Assembly (NCBI RefSeq): GCF_036321535.1
Contig: NC_087436.1
Coordinates: forward strand, 88,414,001-88,478,000
Source of the DNA: Camelus dromedarius
Lineage: Eukaryota
Direction of reading: 5' to 3'
Length of the DNA stretch: 64,000 bases
The position numbers and the translations under genes were made by a program. Under the pieces are notes generated by a model. The model did not search any database and was not told the origin of the DNA. It worked only from the letters and a program-made list of their open reading frames with translations. Positions 1 to 14,104 of the stretch are shown one piece after another (the first letter of the stretch is position 1; each line of letters begins with the position of its first letter).

Positions 1-2424
1 AGGTGTAATTCCCTGCTCATGAGATTGTAACATGTGAATTTTTCTCCTTGTAGGGGACTATGTCTGTCTTTATGTGTATGTGTGTATATGTATATGTGTG
101 TGTGTGTATTAATATTTATGTATTTCCTGACAGAAGGGAATCCATATACTTTTTTTCCAGCCCTCCAGGCCCATGTTGTTTCCTGTGTCTGGAATGACCC
201 CTGTCTACCCACCCAGCCCTGTTGCTGCATGTTCAAGTCTGTCCGATGTTCAAGTCTGTCTGTTCTTCAAGGCCCAGCTCACTGCCCTTTCTCCTCCCTA
301 AAGCTTGTCCTTCAAAACCCTTGGCCAGAAGGCATCTCTTCTGCTACTAAACTCCTCCTTATGGTGCTTTTTTTCTTGCATTATGGACGCTTGAGGATTT
401 TCTCCTCTCTCAGTCTAGGCTCCCTAAAGACATGGGCTGTGACTTATGTGTGCTCGCCTCTTCCATAGCATCGAGCGTAATGCCATCAATGCAGCTAAAT
501 ATGCAATGAATGTTTTCTGAATAAATTCAGAAATTAATGAAAATTTACTTTAGTTTCCTCAAATGTGTTTTGGTTATGTCTTACTTGCTCTTTATTCATC
601 CTGAAAGTTCAATAAAATGAATTTTCTTTTTCTGTGAGTATATACCAGGCATGCAGTAAATAATTTGAGTCTAAGTATAATAAAATTGCATTGGAAGTAT
701 GCAGGGGAAATGTTTATGTTTATAGGCATATTTTCTTAAATGATATACAAAGTTAATACAGTGCATTATCCATATGGAAAGGGATCTTCAAAAATTGAAT
801 GTTAAAATGTCATCTCCCTTATTTTACTTCTGATAATAAATTATCTAATGGTGTCTTTCACTGGTAACTCACATGGGGAGGAAAGAATACAGGTTCACAC
901 CTGGTTCGGATCCCAGACCTGCCATCTGCTGATTCTGCCGTCTTGGCCAAGTTACTTAGCTGCACCTCAGTCTTCATCTCTGGCATACACTTTTATTTGT
1001 TATATGGGACTCAGATCATTTGTTTTTCTTTATTCATCATTTGTACAACAAAGATTTAATGAGTATGTACAGTATGGTAGGAATAGAGGAATTAAAAGAT
1101 GTATGATTCTGGCTTCGTGAAGCCTACAGTCTGATTCAGGTACAGTTCTGCCATTCTGGGTTCATGATCAGACGTTTCTATGCTACATCCAGTCTGTTTC
1201 AAAGGGGGCCTCTTGAGATCTGGAGCTCTTACCTTTGTGTACCCCTGTTGTTTGCACTTGTCCATGCATTTCTGGATGACCTGGGACTCTTAACTTCCCT
1301 GGCCCTTGGGTTTCCCTTTGTTCTTAAATTTTACATAGCATAGGTTTCGCAGAAGCACAGGGGTTTTGCATACTTGCTTGTAATGCTTTGTTCTCCGTAG
1401 CATTTCCACAGAGCATATGTTTGGGTAACCAGCACATTGGCCACCATCTGCTTCACAAGTGAAGGCACTGGGGGACAACCAAGTCAGGTACCTTCTCTGC
1501 AGTGACATCCTATTTGACTAGGTGAACCAAGGTGTCTTATCTTTCTCGCGAGTATGCTGTTAAACCACATCGTGCTACTTCCCATAAAGGGGGACTTCCT
1601 TAAACAGTAAGTTCACTGACCACCTCTGCACATACATTTCCTTCCTCCTTCCCTTCTTTGGCTTATACATGGGCCCTTTTAACGGCTGTTGATTTGTGTT
1701 TGTTTTTTCCTCACTGTGCCCCTGTGAGTTGGTGGGGACCCTATGAATTTCACTAGACTATGCAGAAAAGAGACCCACAGGAAGAAAATACTCCTGTGAA
1801 TGCTTAGATAAAAGAAGTTGAAATGGTTATATTGAAGTTGTGACTCTTAAGAAGTTTAAAATGGGTTTGGTTAAGTAGATCATTTCATAAATACATGATT
1901 CTTCTTCACAGAGAAAACTCCCAGGTAACTCAATTAAATGTGAACTGATTCACATTCATTGTCTATCCCACCGAGTAGGGAACAGGGTCATAGCTGAAGA
2001 GGACGCCTCCAAGTCTACTGCAATAAGTTGTTAGTTCAACGCTTTTTAAAATAGTAAAGGAAGCTGATATTTAGGTTAACTCAGTTCTGACTAGGATTGA
2101 TTGTAGTACAATATCCAAAAATGGCAGAGATTTGACTTTTCTTGGAAAAAGATGAGTAGCTTGATGCTAAAAATCAAATATGTAATTCAGAATTTGTTTC
2201 TAAACAGGGTCCTTCTTTTATTTTCAAACGTCACACTTAATCGCTTTCTAAGGATGGGTGTTATGACTAAAATATCTGTAGGAAGCGAGATCAGTATCCA
2301 CTGGATGAGATAATGGGTTTCTTGAGGTGCTAGAGCGAGCTTTTCAGCAGTTTTCTACTCCTTTGTTATTTCTGTTGTGGTCTAAGGTCCGTCTCTGAGT
2401 TAATAGAATTTCTGTGAGCTAGAG

Positions 2425-2670
2425 AGTGTACTATGGACTTTGGAGCCAGATTGTCTGGGCTGAAATCCTAAATTTGTTATTTATTAGCTGTGTGACCTTG
2501 GACAAGTTACTTAATCTCTCTGTGCCTCATTTTCCTCATCTTTAAACCGGGGCAAATGATAGTATTTCCCTCACAGGTTTTTGTGAGGTGTAAATGGATC
2601 CCTAAACATAAAGTCGTTAGGACAGTTCCTGGCAAATAGTGTCACTGTAAGTATCAGCAGTTGTTACTAT
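2425..2670 (+). mobile_element. MIR SINE
   Basis: Core 'gctgtgtgaccttggacaagttacttaatctctctgtgcctcattttcctcatc'. Confidence 0.85.
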
Positions 2671-3058
2671 AATTAGTAGTTTGCACTTTCACCCGCTTTT
2701 GTCTTTTTTGTATAATGTGTTTCAGAGTTTCTGCTCTTGCACCTGGCTTTTCCCAGATACAGACATTTTTAAGGTACGCATAACCATTTCATTCTCCTAG
2801 TAAGCCACTAATCATAGGTGATCCATTCTTTAAACTGATCTCCGTCGCTTGTAGTCATTTGCTTTGCAGAGTCCTGGTAACGGGTGGAAGTGGATACTTT
2901 GGGGTAGGGCCAGTTTACGTTCTTGGCATCTCTGAGCCTGTATTGGTGGAGCTCTCGTTGGATCTGCTTTGGGTGTTTCACTCTGGAGGTTTGTCCGTGG
3001 GGCACATGACAGGGTGCTGGTTGTGATAAACGTGTGTTACTGCAGTTTTACATAACAC

Positions 3059-3252
3059 CAGAGGGGGATCTACCAGGAAGTTAAAGGAAAGTAAGCTTGA
3101 GAGCCTTTCAATTCCGTAGCCCTTTCTAAGGCCCCTGGAAGGGCCCTAGTGCTTTTGTATTTATAGTTTTGCACTGAAAAAACAAAAACAAAAACAATCT
3201 TCTCCTCAAAATGTATAAGCTTTATGCCACTCAAAACCTGGATCTGCTTCTG
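3059..3252. mobile_element. Probable non-autonomous hAT DNA transposon relic
   Basis: Imperfect terminal inverted repeats cagagggggatc / gatctgcttctg. Confidence 0.4.
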
Positions 3253-4726
3253 CAAAGCACGTGGGACTTTATTTGTTTTAATATCTGATATTATCTACAG
3301 ATTCTACCAGTAAAATATCCTCAGGCATCTCCACTGTAAAACAACTAAAAAAAGCACATTTGTGATTTATTTACGCTCTTAAAAGTTTTCCTTTCAAGAG
3401 CAAAGTAGCATATCTACTTTAATCTGTTAAATTTATTTTTCCTTAATAAAAAAAGTTTCAGAGTTGCTTTTCAAAGTCCCATACTTTTCTTGCTAAATGT
3501 ATTCCTGAGTAGTTTATGGTTGTAGTTACTCTTGTGAATAGGTGAATTTTCCTGATATATTGTGATTAGATATTGTTGATATATAATCAATCTCTTGATT
3601 TTTGTAAATCTATTTTGTAACCAACCAGTATACTGTGCTTTTTCCAAATATTACATAGAGGCACAATTTTCTGTTACTAACTTTGCTATAAAAGGGTCAT
3701 TTTCTATTAGATTTAATCCAAATTATGAGAAGAAAATAATTTTAAAAAATATTAAGAAAAATAAAAGCATTTTAAGTCCTAAACGAGAATACTCAAAAGG
3801 CCATGTGGCTCTTCGGGGAGGGCATTCAAGCAGGGGAATCCAGGAATGCAAGGCCCCAGAGAGGGATTGCTCCTTTGCTCCAGGAACAACCAAGAGGCTG
3901 AGGGGGAGTGGGGTGGGGTGCATGGGGGAAGAGGCTGGAGAACCAGGTAAGATCATACATGGATCATTGTGGGCCATGGAAAATACTTTGGATTTTGTTC
4001 TTTTTTAAGTGTGATAGAAAGATTTTGGAGGGTTAGGAGTAGAAAGTGACAAAGTTTGACCCTTATATTCATGCATGACAAGGGGCCAGGCTCAGTGGAA
4101 CATGAACTGGCAGTTAGAAGGTGTGAGGTTTGGTTCCAGCTCCACTAACCCGTGTGATCTTGGGGAGGTCACTTATCTAGGCAGTGCCTCAGTTTCCACT
4201 CTAAAATGAGGAAATTGGATTGTGTGACCACTGGAATGACTTTCATGACTAAATATGATTCTCAAATCTTAAAATAGTTATTAAACATTCAACATGTATT
4301 GGCAGTGGTTGTCAGCTGTGTGGAATAGAACAGGAGACCTGCGCACCCCCACCCTCCTGCCTCCCCAACTCTCCGCTCAGACTTGGACCTTCCCTCTTCT
4401 TAGTCCTGAGCCTTGCCTCTGCCCCTGGGTGGCCAGGTGCTTGTGTGTGCGCAGTGATGTTTCACTGTTCAGCCTGCATTTCTCTGATTATTAAAGAGGA
4501 TGAGCAAGTCTACTTCATTTCATTGTCTGTTGGCATTTACTCTCTGTCGAAGTGCCACTTAGATTTCCTCCTTTTTTTTTTTTTTTTTGGTTAGGTTTTC
4601 TGCCTTTTAAAATTTATTTTTAAAAGATGTAATATATATATTCTGAATCAAACTCACTATCTGTATATGCTTTGCAAATACTGTTTGTGCTTTGTGGCTT
4701 GTCTTAACTCTCTTAATGATATCTTT

Positions 4727-4880
4727 TTTCTTATCGTGGTAAATACACATAGCATAAAAGTTAGCAGTGTAACAATTTTCAAGTGTATACTTCAGAGGCG
4801 TTAAATAAGTATATTAATAATGTTGTGCAACAACCACTGCTATTTAGTTCCAGAACTTTTTTATCACTCCAGATGGAAAC
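4727..4880 (-). mobile_element. Old L1 (L1MB-like) 3' end, left half of an interrupted element
   Basis: Antisense L1M 3' UTR text 'tgttgtgcaacaaccactgctatttagttccagaactttttatcactcc'. Confidence 0.7.
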
Positions 4881-4882
4881 TG

Positions 4883-7270
4883 AAAATGTTCCATGTGCAC
4901 TGAAGAAGAATGTGTATTCTGTTGCTTTTTGGATGGAATGTTTGGTATATGTCTGTTAAGTACATCTTAGAATGCATCATTTAAGGAGTTGGTTTCTTAT
5001 TGATTTTCTGTCTGGATGATCTATCCATTGATGTAAGTGGGGTGTTAATGTCTCTTCATCTTATTGCATTATAGTTTCTCCTTCTGGATTGATTAATATT
5101 TGCTTTATATATTTAGGGGCTCTTATTTTGGGTGCATAATTGTTTATAAATGTTATATCCGCTTATTGGATTGACCCCCTTATCATTATTTAATGATAAT
5201 TACATATTCTTTGTCTCTGATTATGGTCTTTGTTTTAAAGTCTATTTTGTATGATATAGGTAAAGCTGCCCCATTTTTCCTTTGGTTTTCATTTGACGGA
5301 ATATTTTTTTCAATCCCTTCACTTTCAGTCTATGGTGTCCTTACATCTAAAGTGAGTCTCTTATAGGCAACATATAGATGGGTCTTGCTTTTTTTTTTTT
5401 TTTTTTTAATTTTTATCCATTCAGCCACTCTGTCTTTTGACTGGAGAATTTAGTCCATTTACATTTAAAATAATTATTCATAGGTATGTACTTACTGCCC
5501 TTTTGTTAATTGTTTTCTGGCTTTTTTTATAGTTCTTCTCTGTTCCTTTTTTCTTCTCTTGCTCTCTTTGTGGTTTGATGATTTTCCTTAGTGGTATGCT
5601 TAGATTCCATTCTCATTACCTTCTGTGTATTTACTACAGGCTTTTGCTTTGTGGTTAACATGAGGCTCACATGTAGCGATCTGTAACAGTTTATTTTAGG
5701 TTAATAACAAGTTTGATTGCATTCTAAAGCTGAAGATTTTCTCTCCCCCCCATGCTTTTTGTATGTTGATTTTACATTTTATATCTTTTATCTTATGTAT
5801 GTATCCCTTAACTATTAATTGCAATCATAGTTATTTTTACTACTTTTGTCTCTTAACCTTCATACTAGCTTTATAAGTGATTAATCTACTACATTTATTA
5901 TGTATTTTCCATTCCTGTGAAATTTATTCTTTCAGATATTTTTCTTGTTGCTCATTAGCACCCTTTTCAGCTTAAAGAAGTCCCTTTAAAATTTCTTATA
6001 CATGCAGTTTAGTGATGATGACTCTTTTAGCTTTGGCCTCTTTGGAAAACTCTTTATCTCTCCTTCAATTCTGAATAACTTTGCCGGGTAAAGATTTCTT
6101 GGTTGGAAGGTTTTTCTTTCAGCACTTTGACTGTATTGTGCTGTTCCCCTCTACCCTGCAAGGTTTCTACTGAAAAATCTGCTGGTGGTCTTATGAGGGT
6201 TCCTTTGTACATAACAAGTTGTTTTTCTTTTGCTGCTTTTAAGTGTCTTTCCTTGTCTTTAACTTTTAACACTTTAATTTTAGTGTGTCTTGGTATAGGT
6301 CTCCTCACGTTCTTATCTGGAATCTCTGAGCTTCCTAGTACCAGATGTCTGTTTCTTTTTCCCAGGTTAGGGAAGTTTTTAGTCATTATTTTTTCAAATA
6401 AAATTTCTGTGCCTTTCTCTCTGTCTTTTCCTTCTGGGAGCCACAAAATGTGAATGTTAGAGTGTTTGCTATTGTTCCATTCATCTGTAAGCTATCATTG
6501 CATTTTATCATTCTTTTTTTGTTTTGCTGCTCTGGGTGAGTTTCACTGTCTTGTCCTCTAGTTGACTAATTCTTTCTTCTGTTTCATCTAGTCTGCTGTC
6601 GAATACTTTTAGTACACTTCAGTTCACTCATTGTATTCTTCATCTCTGTGATATCTGTTTGGTACTTTCTTTTATTTTCCATCTCTTTGTTAAAGTTCAC
6701 ATTGTGTTCATCCATTCTTCTCAATTTGGTAAACATCTTTATTACCATTACTTTGAACTCTTTATCAGGTAAATTACTTATCTCCATTTCATTAAGGTTT
6801 CTTTTTCTGATATTTTATCTTGCTCTTTCATTTGGAACATGTTCCTCTGTTTCTTCATTTTACTTGACTCTCTGTAACTCTAAAACAACCACCTCCTCCA
6901 ATCTTGAAAGAATGGCCTAGAGTAGGAGATGAACCTTCTCACTCAATCTTGCCCAAGCTCTTGGTTGTTTCTCAAACTTTTGTGCTAGTCCAAGCAGCCT
7001 TATATTTTTAATCTCCCAGTGGTTGATGATATGCTAAGACCTGTCAGTGTCCCAAAGGGGAGGACCTCAGCATGTAGATTCAGGCTAATTGGAAGCCAGA
7101 CTTGTAGGCAACAGTTTTTAAGACTATACAAATATATATAGTCCTATGGGACTGCAAGTGTAACACTTGCTGGCCACCAGAGCCAAGTGATCTAGAAGTG
7201 TAACCCTGGGCAGGAGTCTCAAAAACTGGGGCTCCAGATGAATATATGAGCTGTTTTCTAGAAGAAGCTT
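4883..7270 (-). mobile_element. L1 inverted 5' segment (ORF2 endonuclease N-terminus, ORF1, part of 5' region), degenerate
   Basis: Minus-strand ORFs 6054..6446 and 6584..6787 are L1 ORF1p-like (IMTKNFPNL, PRHTKIK, DFSVETLQ); left end reads EN motif ...AHGTF on the minus strand. Confidence 0.88.
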
Positions 7271-7274
7271 TTTG

Positions 7275-9250
7275 TCTGGGATAGATCATACGTTAGGCCA
7301 CAAAATGAGTTTTAATAATTTAAGAAGACTGAAATCATATCAAGCTTCTTTTCTGATCACAGCAATAGGAAGCTAGAAATCAATTACACAGAGAAAGTTG
7401 GAAAATTCACAAATATGTGGAGATTAAACAACATACTACTGAACAACCAGTGGGTCAAAGAATAAATCAAAAGAGAAATTGAAAAATATATTGAGACAAA
7501 TGAAAATGGAACTATGATATACCAAAATTTATGGAATGCAGTAAAAGCAGTTCTAAGAGGGAAGTTCATAGCAATAATTGCCCACCTTAATAAGAAGAGT
7601 TTGAAATAAATAACCTCATTTTACACCTCAAGGAACTAGAAAAAGAACAACAACAACAACAAAAATCCCAAAGTTAGTAGAAGGAAGGAAATAACAAAGA
7701 TTTGGTCAGAAATAAATAAAATAGAGACCAAAAAGTTAATTGAAAGAATCAGAGAAATTAAGAGCTGTTCTTTGAAAACCTAAAATTGACAAAGCCTTCG
7801 TTAGACTCATCAAGAAAAAAAGAGAGAGGACTCAAATAAATAAAATCAGAAATGAAAGCGGTCTTAAAACTGATACCACAGAAATACAGAGGATCATAAG
7901 AGACTACTGCAAACAATTATAGACCAAAATTTTTGACAACCTAGAAAAAATGGACAAATTCCTAGAGATGTATAACCTACCAAGACTGAATTATGAAGAA
8001 ATAGGAAGTATGAACAGATGGATTACTAGGAAGGAGATTGAATCATTAATCAAATAACTCCCAACAAATAGAAGTCCAGGACTGGGTGACTTCACTGGAA
8101 AATTCTACCAAACATTAATAGAAGAATTAATGCCAAACCTTCTCAAACTGTTCCAAAAAATAGGAAGGAATTATTCTGAACTAATTTTATGAGGCCATCA
8201 CTACCCCAATACCAATGCCACACAAAAATGCCACAAGAAAAGGAAATTGCAGGCCAATATCCCTAATGACTACAGATGTGGTAAGCTCCTTGGCATAGGT
8301 CTTCATGATGATTTTTAAAATCTGACACCAAAAGAAAAGGCAACAAAAGCAAAAATAAATAAATGGGACTACATCAATCTAAAAAGCTTCTGTATAGCAA
8401 AGGAAACCATCGACAAAATGAAAAGGCAACATACTAAATGGGAGAAAATATTTGCAACTCATATATCTGATAAGGAGTTAATATCCAAACTGTATAAAGA
8501 GCTCATACAACTCACTAGCAAAAAAACAACTTAATTAAAAAGTGGACAGAAGATCTGAATAGACATTTTCCCAAAGTAGTACAGTACACGGAAAGGCATT
8601 CAACATCACTAATCATCAGAGAAATGCAAATCAAAACTGCAGTGATATATGACCTCATGCCTGTCAGAACAGCTATTCAAAAGGACTAGAGTAACAAGTA
8701 TTGGTAGGGGTGTGGAGAAAAGGGAACCGTTGTGCACTTTTAGTGGAAATGTAAATTGGTGCAGCCTCTATAGAAAACTATATGGAGGTTCCTTGAAAAA
8801 TTAAAAATATAAATACCATATGATCCAGGAGTTCCACTCCTGGGTATTTATCTGAAGAAAATGAAAACGCTAACTTGTAAAGATATATACACCTTAGTGT
8901 TCATTGCAGCAGTATTTACAATAACCAGGATATGGAAACAATGTAAATGTCCATAAGTAAATGAATGGATAAAAAAATTGTGATACACACACACACACTG
9001 GAATATTACTCAGCCATAAAAAAGAAAATGGAACCTTGCCATTTGTGACAACATATATAGACCTCAAGGGCATTGCTAAGTGAAAGTCAGTCAAAGAAAG
9101 ACATGTAGTGTGATCTTTCTTATACATGGAATCTAAAAAAATAAAAGTTAAAAATCAAGCTTGTAGATATAGACAAGAAGTTGGTGGTTGCCAGAGGTGG
9201 GAGTGGAAGATGGGAGAAATGGGTGAAGGGGGTATTTAAAAATATAAAAA
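7275..9250 (+). mobile_element. L1 sense segment (ORF2 from RIDH onward, internal deletion of RT, ORF2 C-terminus, 3' UTR), degenerate
   Basis: A-rich ORF2 text ([32 protein letters not shown]) followed by L1MA-type 3' UTR. Confidence 0.9.
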
Positions 9251-10211
9251 GTAAAAACACAAAGTAATGGGGCGGGGAAGAAATTATAATAAAACTTAGA
9301 ATACATAGTTTCCCTTATTTTACATTAAAATTTCATTAAAGCATTTTTTGCAAATAAAAGTGACTTGCTTCCCATGTATTCTGAGAGAGCCCTAAATTGC
9401 AATAAAATATTTTCAGCACTAAGATTCACAAACATTACACCAAAAAAACCTAAATGAAGCTAACTTAGTATGTCAACATGTAGCTTTCATTTCCTCAGAG
9501 AGGACGCTGGTGTGCCACTAGAAATATTTTTTGTTTTGTTGTATTTATTTAGAAGGAAGTTGAATTAAATTCTTCACTAATAGTTTCTAGTCTATGAATT
9601 TAAGTTAATGAACTCTACACATAACATCCTGCATTTCTACCTCGACCTTTTGATAGTGCCTGAGACTGTCAAATACAAGGATGGGGAGTCAGTAAACCTG
9701 GGGTCTAGTGTTTATTTGGTCTGTGGGACCAGGGAGTCACATAATTACTCTGAACTTCAGTAATCCCATGCATAAAAGGGTTGGGGTGGGAGAATAGCAT
9801 CTGCCTTACCTATTTCATACAGTTGTGAACATCCAGTTAAAACAAGGTAGTGAAAACATTTTGCATCTTTAAAAAAATTAGCTATCATTATTATTACGTT
9901 GCTGAATTGATTATCATTATCTATAGGGTGTCTGGAAAGTCATAACATATTAGGTCGTGTAAACCTAGATGGCACAAAATTACATAATTAACACTTGAAG
10001 AACTACATGTAGTTTTGGTCATTTCTCAAGACAAAAAAATTGGAAACTAGCTGGAAACTATCAAGAAGGGTCACTAAAGTGTTCCAGGGGAAGGACTCCC
10101 AGTGTAAAGGATTAGACTAACATTATAAAGCTTTAAAGACTTCTACAAGGAAAGTCAAGAAAGGAAAGCAGTGGATCTTTAAAACAAGGAAACAAGCAAA
10201 AAACCAAAAAA

Positions 10212-10830
10212 TCCTTGTACTCGTTAAGCAGTCAGTCCCCATCTTGCTTCCTCCCAGCCCCTGGCAACCACTCATCTGCTTCCTGTCTCTAAGGATTTGC
10301 CTGTTCTGGGTATTTCATATGAATAGAATCATACAATATGTTACCTTTTTTTTGTATCTTGCTTTCACTGAGCATAATGTTTTCAGGGTTCATTCACTGT
10401 TGTAACATGTATCAGTACCTCATTCCCTTTCACAACTGAGTCATATTACATTATAGGTATAGACCGTATTTTGTTTATTTACTTGTCTGCTGATGGGTAT
10501 TTAGATTGTTTCCACCTTATGGCTCTTGTGAATGGAGCTGCTGTGACTATCTATGTACAAGTTTTTGTGCGGACATATGTTTTCATGTCTCTTGCTGGGT
10601 CTTTGAGTAACTATGTTCAATGTTTTGAGGGACTGGTAGACTGTTCTCTAAAGGGGCTGTGACGTTTTACATTCCCACCTAGAGTGAATGAGGGTCCAGT
10701 CTCTCCACGTCCTTCTTGTTAAAATCTCTTGTTGATGTGGCCCTTGTCATTGGTGTAAAGTGGTACCTCGTGGGTTTGAGTTGCGTTTCCCTTATGGCTA
10801 ATAATGTTGAGCATCTTTTCATGTGTGCTT
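10212..10830 (-). mobile_element. Old L1 (L1MB-like), right half resuming the 4727-4880 element
   Basis: 'cccagcccctggcaaccactcatctgcttcctgtctctaaggatttgcctgttctgg' and following antisense L1 text. Confidence 0.78.
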
Positions 10831-10947
10831 TTTAATTAATTAAATTGATTAATTAAATTTATTGCTATATGCTTGCTGTCTTTGGTTAGGCAATAGAACT
10901 CCTCCGGCACAAATTTCATCTTTATTTGATTTTTTAATGAAGGGGAC

Positions 10948-11147
10948 AGTGATAATGCTGGTAAATGCTTAGTGATTGGAGGTCATGGAAGCAGCCCGTA
11001 TTTTTAGTGTTTGCCGATTTCTGTGGTTTAAGTACTCCCACATAGCAGATGTCCAGCCACCAACAAGACATTGAAAGTGAAGCAGGGAAATGGTGTGCAC
11101 AATAGGCTCTCATGAGCTGGCATGAGCTGACTCCAGCCCATCAGTGG
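10948..11147. mobile_element. hAT-type DNA transposon relic (MER63-like)
   Basis: Ends cagtgataatgctggtaaatg ... ctccagcccatcagtg resemble TIRs of this group. Confidence 0.4.
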
Positions 11148-11460
11148 AAGGGATGGATGGGTGAAGTGAGCTGCATCGGGGCTGCCTGGTGTTGCGCAGG
11201 CTGTATTCTGCACAGCCGTAGGGGTGCCAGTCACATGTTAGTCTAAATTAGAGAAAAAAAACATATAGTATTTACTGAGTGTCTACCACATGCTTAATCT
11301 TCATGACAATCTTCTGAGGCAGGTTTTACTGTCTTTTTCCCAAGAATTACAAGGCTTAGGGAACTTTATTGACTAACTCAGTGATTCACAGCTAATAAGT
11401 GTCAAAGTTGGGATTTAAGTCAGGTCTTTCTTACTTTAAAGCTCATTCCAGCTTTCCAAC

Positions 11461-11984
11461 TGTTGTGGAAAGTTACAGGGACCTCCAAGACCGACCACCT
11501 CCAGGTTTGATTAACTGCTGCAGGGACTCACAGGACTCAGCATATGATTGTATTCATAATAATCATTTATTCCAGCAAAGTAAAATCAGCAAAGGGAAAA
11601 GGCACATATAGGGGGAAGCCCAGAGAAAATGAGGCATGAGCTTGCAAGAGTCCTTTCTCAGTGGAGTCATATAGAATGTGCTTAAAAGCTTCAGTAATGA
11701 GTTGACAACATGTGAAATACCGCCTACTAGGGAGCTCAACAGAAACTCATTAGAGGACTGGTTGGTTATATAGGCCCCCTCTGCCTAGCCTGGGCCAAAA
11801 TTCCAGACTCCAGAAGGAAAGCAGGTGTTCAGCATAAACCATATTGTTTATACAGTGCTGGGAACAGTGGGACCTTCCCAAAGTCCAGGTTCCTAGATGC
11901 CAGCCCAGGCCAACTGCAGAATGGCAAGTAGGCTTTTCTAAGAATAGCAGTCTCGAGCCTACCATGTTAACTCTTTTCTGCACA
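11461..11984 (-). mobile_element. ERVL-class solo LTR (MER68/MER77 group)
   Basis: TG...CA ends, 5-bp TSD ccaac/ctaac, minus-strand start tgtgcagaaaagagttaaca. Confidence 0.75.
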
Positions 11985-14104
11985 CTAACCAAGTGCAAAA
12001 ATAGGACAGAAAGTTGGGAAGTGGTGGAGACCATGTCTGCTTATCATCCCATCCCCCTTCCCCTCCCAGCGCCTGCAGAGGACTTGATATGTGCTGGGTT
12101 TCTAATAATGGTGCACTGAGTTCTGCAGATCCTCGTTGATGCTCAGCCCATGTGTGTGTCTGTGTAAGGCCCCTGTGTTTGAGAAGTTCTCTGGGTTCAG
12201 CCAGAACCTCCAAATCATGATTAATTATGACTGCTTAGCCCAGTGTAGCTTGATAACTAACCCCTAACTCTTGACTTCTCAGGGACTGTCCTCTGTTGAA
12301 AGGCCTTCATTTGAAAAACTGAGGTCTGCTATTTGTGTCTCCAGCGGAAATATTGGTACTTTTGTTCCAGTGCCCCAGACACCTTGCCTCAGACTCACTT
12401 TTACTTCTGTGAACTTTGACTAAAAGTGGAACAGTCTCCCACACCTGACTTCCTCTGTGTCTTGGTCACATGTCGGAGTCACACCTTCTTTTGTGCTTAT
12501 GGGCAGAGGCTGACGGAGTTGTCTGCACGTATCCAGTTGTCACAGGCACTTCAAGGGGCTGTAGAGGAGAGGTTCTGGGCGAGAGTTGACCAGGCTGCCA
12601 TGCGCCGACAACAGCCCGGTTCCTTTCATTCTGAGTCACCAGACGGACCAGTTAAAGAAAAGAAAACAACTTACCTTTCTTTGGCCAGTTCCCTCAGCTT
12701 TCAAGTGAAGTAGAGTTATTCTCCTGCCTATGGCTTTACATAATTATTTTCCACTAGTTACTTTAATATTGTGGCTGGAAATGTTCTTTTTTAGAGTTGA
12801 GAAAAGCAAACTCTCTAACTACAACAAAAAGCATTGGTTCTCATGTCAGATGGCCAGTGTTCCAATCCCAGGCTCTGTCATTCACCAGCTCACATGTCCC
12901 TGGACAAATAAATGTACCTACTTTGTGCCTCAGTTTCCTCATCTGTGAAAGGGGGTTGATATAGTTACTACCTCATAGGTTGTGAGAATCCATTGAGAGA
13001 ATGCGTCTAAAACACGCACTAAATGAATTTAACACAATCTGCCAAATAGCCTTGGAGAAAAGTTAGTAACGTCACTGTTATTGTTAACCCTTGGTATATA
13101 AAAATCCTTCTTTCTTTTTGACTGCTCATGCTGGTTTGAGTATATACATTTTCTGACCCTCTACCCCACGCTCCTTTAAAACTTTATTTAACTGACAATG
13201 GGAAATTTAAGATAATGGTTTGATAGGAGTTCCAGGGTGGTGGACGAAGTCTTTCTACCTTAAACTAAGCCACGATGCGCTGGGGTCCACCTGTGGCTCT
13301 CTTTGACTCTGTGAGCGGAGGAACCACTGACTGGGCTCTTGGTTTTCTGGGGGGGGGGATGATTTCTCCTCCCTCCCTGGAATGGGGGCCTCTCCAGTCT
13401 CTTTCCAATCTCAGAATTCCTCCCCCTATGCCAGACTGTCAGAGCATTCTGCTTCCCCTGTTCCTTTTTCCTCTTTCCTTGTCCTCTTCCTGGCCTGTCT
13501 GTGTCTCTTTGATCCTGCTTCCTTGTTTTTACAGCACTAGTTGGAAGTGATCTTTCTCTTCCTCTCATGGCCTCTAGCCCTCTTAGTCATGCGGTGAGTA
13601 TTTGGCATTTATCTCCTCGTGTAAACCCCCTGGTTGTCCTGCTTCCTTTCTAGCTGCTTGTTCTTGTCTCCTTCAAGAGTTAAGTGTTGCTCAGGGTTCT
13701 GTTCTAAGGCTTCTTCTCTCACTGTGCACTCGGCAGCCATTCCAGTGGCTTTGAGTTAGCACCCGTGTGCTGGTGGCATCTCCCCGGTGATTCCCAGCCT
13801 GATAGCCATTCTGAGGTCTAAGAGTTTCGGTAGGTATCTCAAATTCAAAATGTCTGAAAAGAAACTCAAGATGTTGTCACTGTCTCTACCTCGCTAAGTC
13901 TACCGTGGTCTACCCAGTGCTTGTGCCAGAAACCCGGGAGTGGGTCTAACTTCACCTCTCTCCCTGAGCCTCTCTCATGTCTGAACTCAACAGGGTTTGT
14001 TGATTCTGACTTTGAATAAATCTCATTCTTGCCGCTTTTCCCATTTCTACCACCACCATGATCCAAACCACCCCTGCCTCTTCTTGGGTAAGTACAGTAG
14101 CCTC

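Noticed and set aside
34..468. 144-aa + strand ORF
   Set aside because: Built from TG-rich low-complexity and old repeat-like sequence; no recognisable domain or splice support
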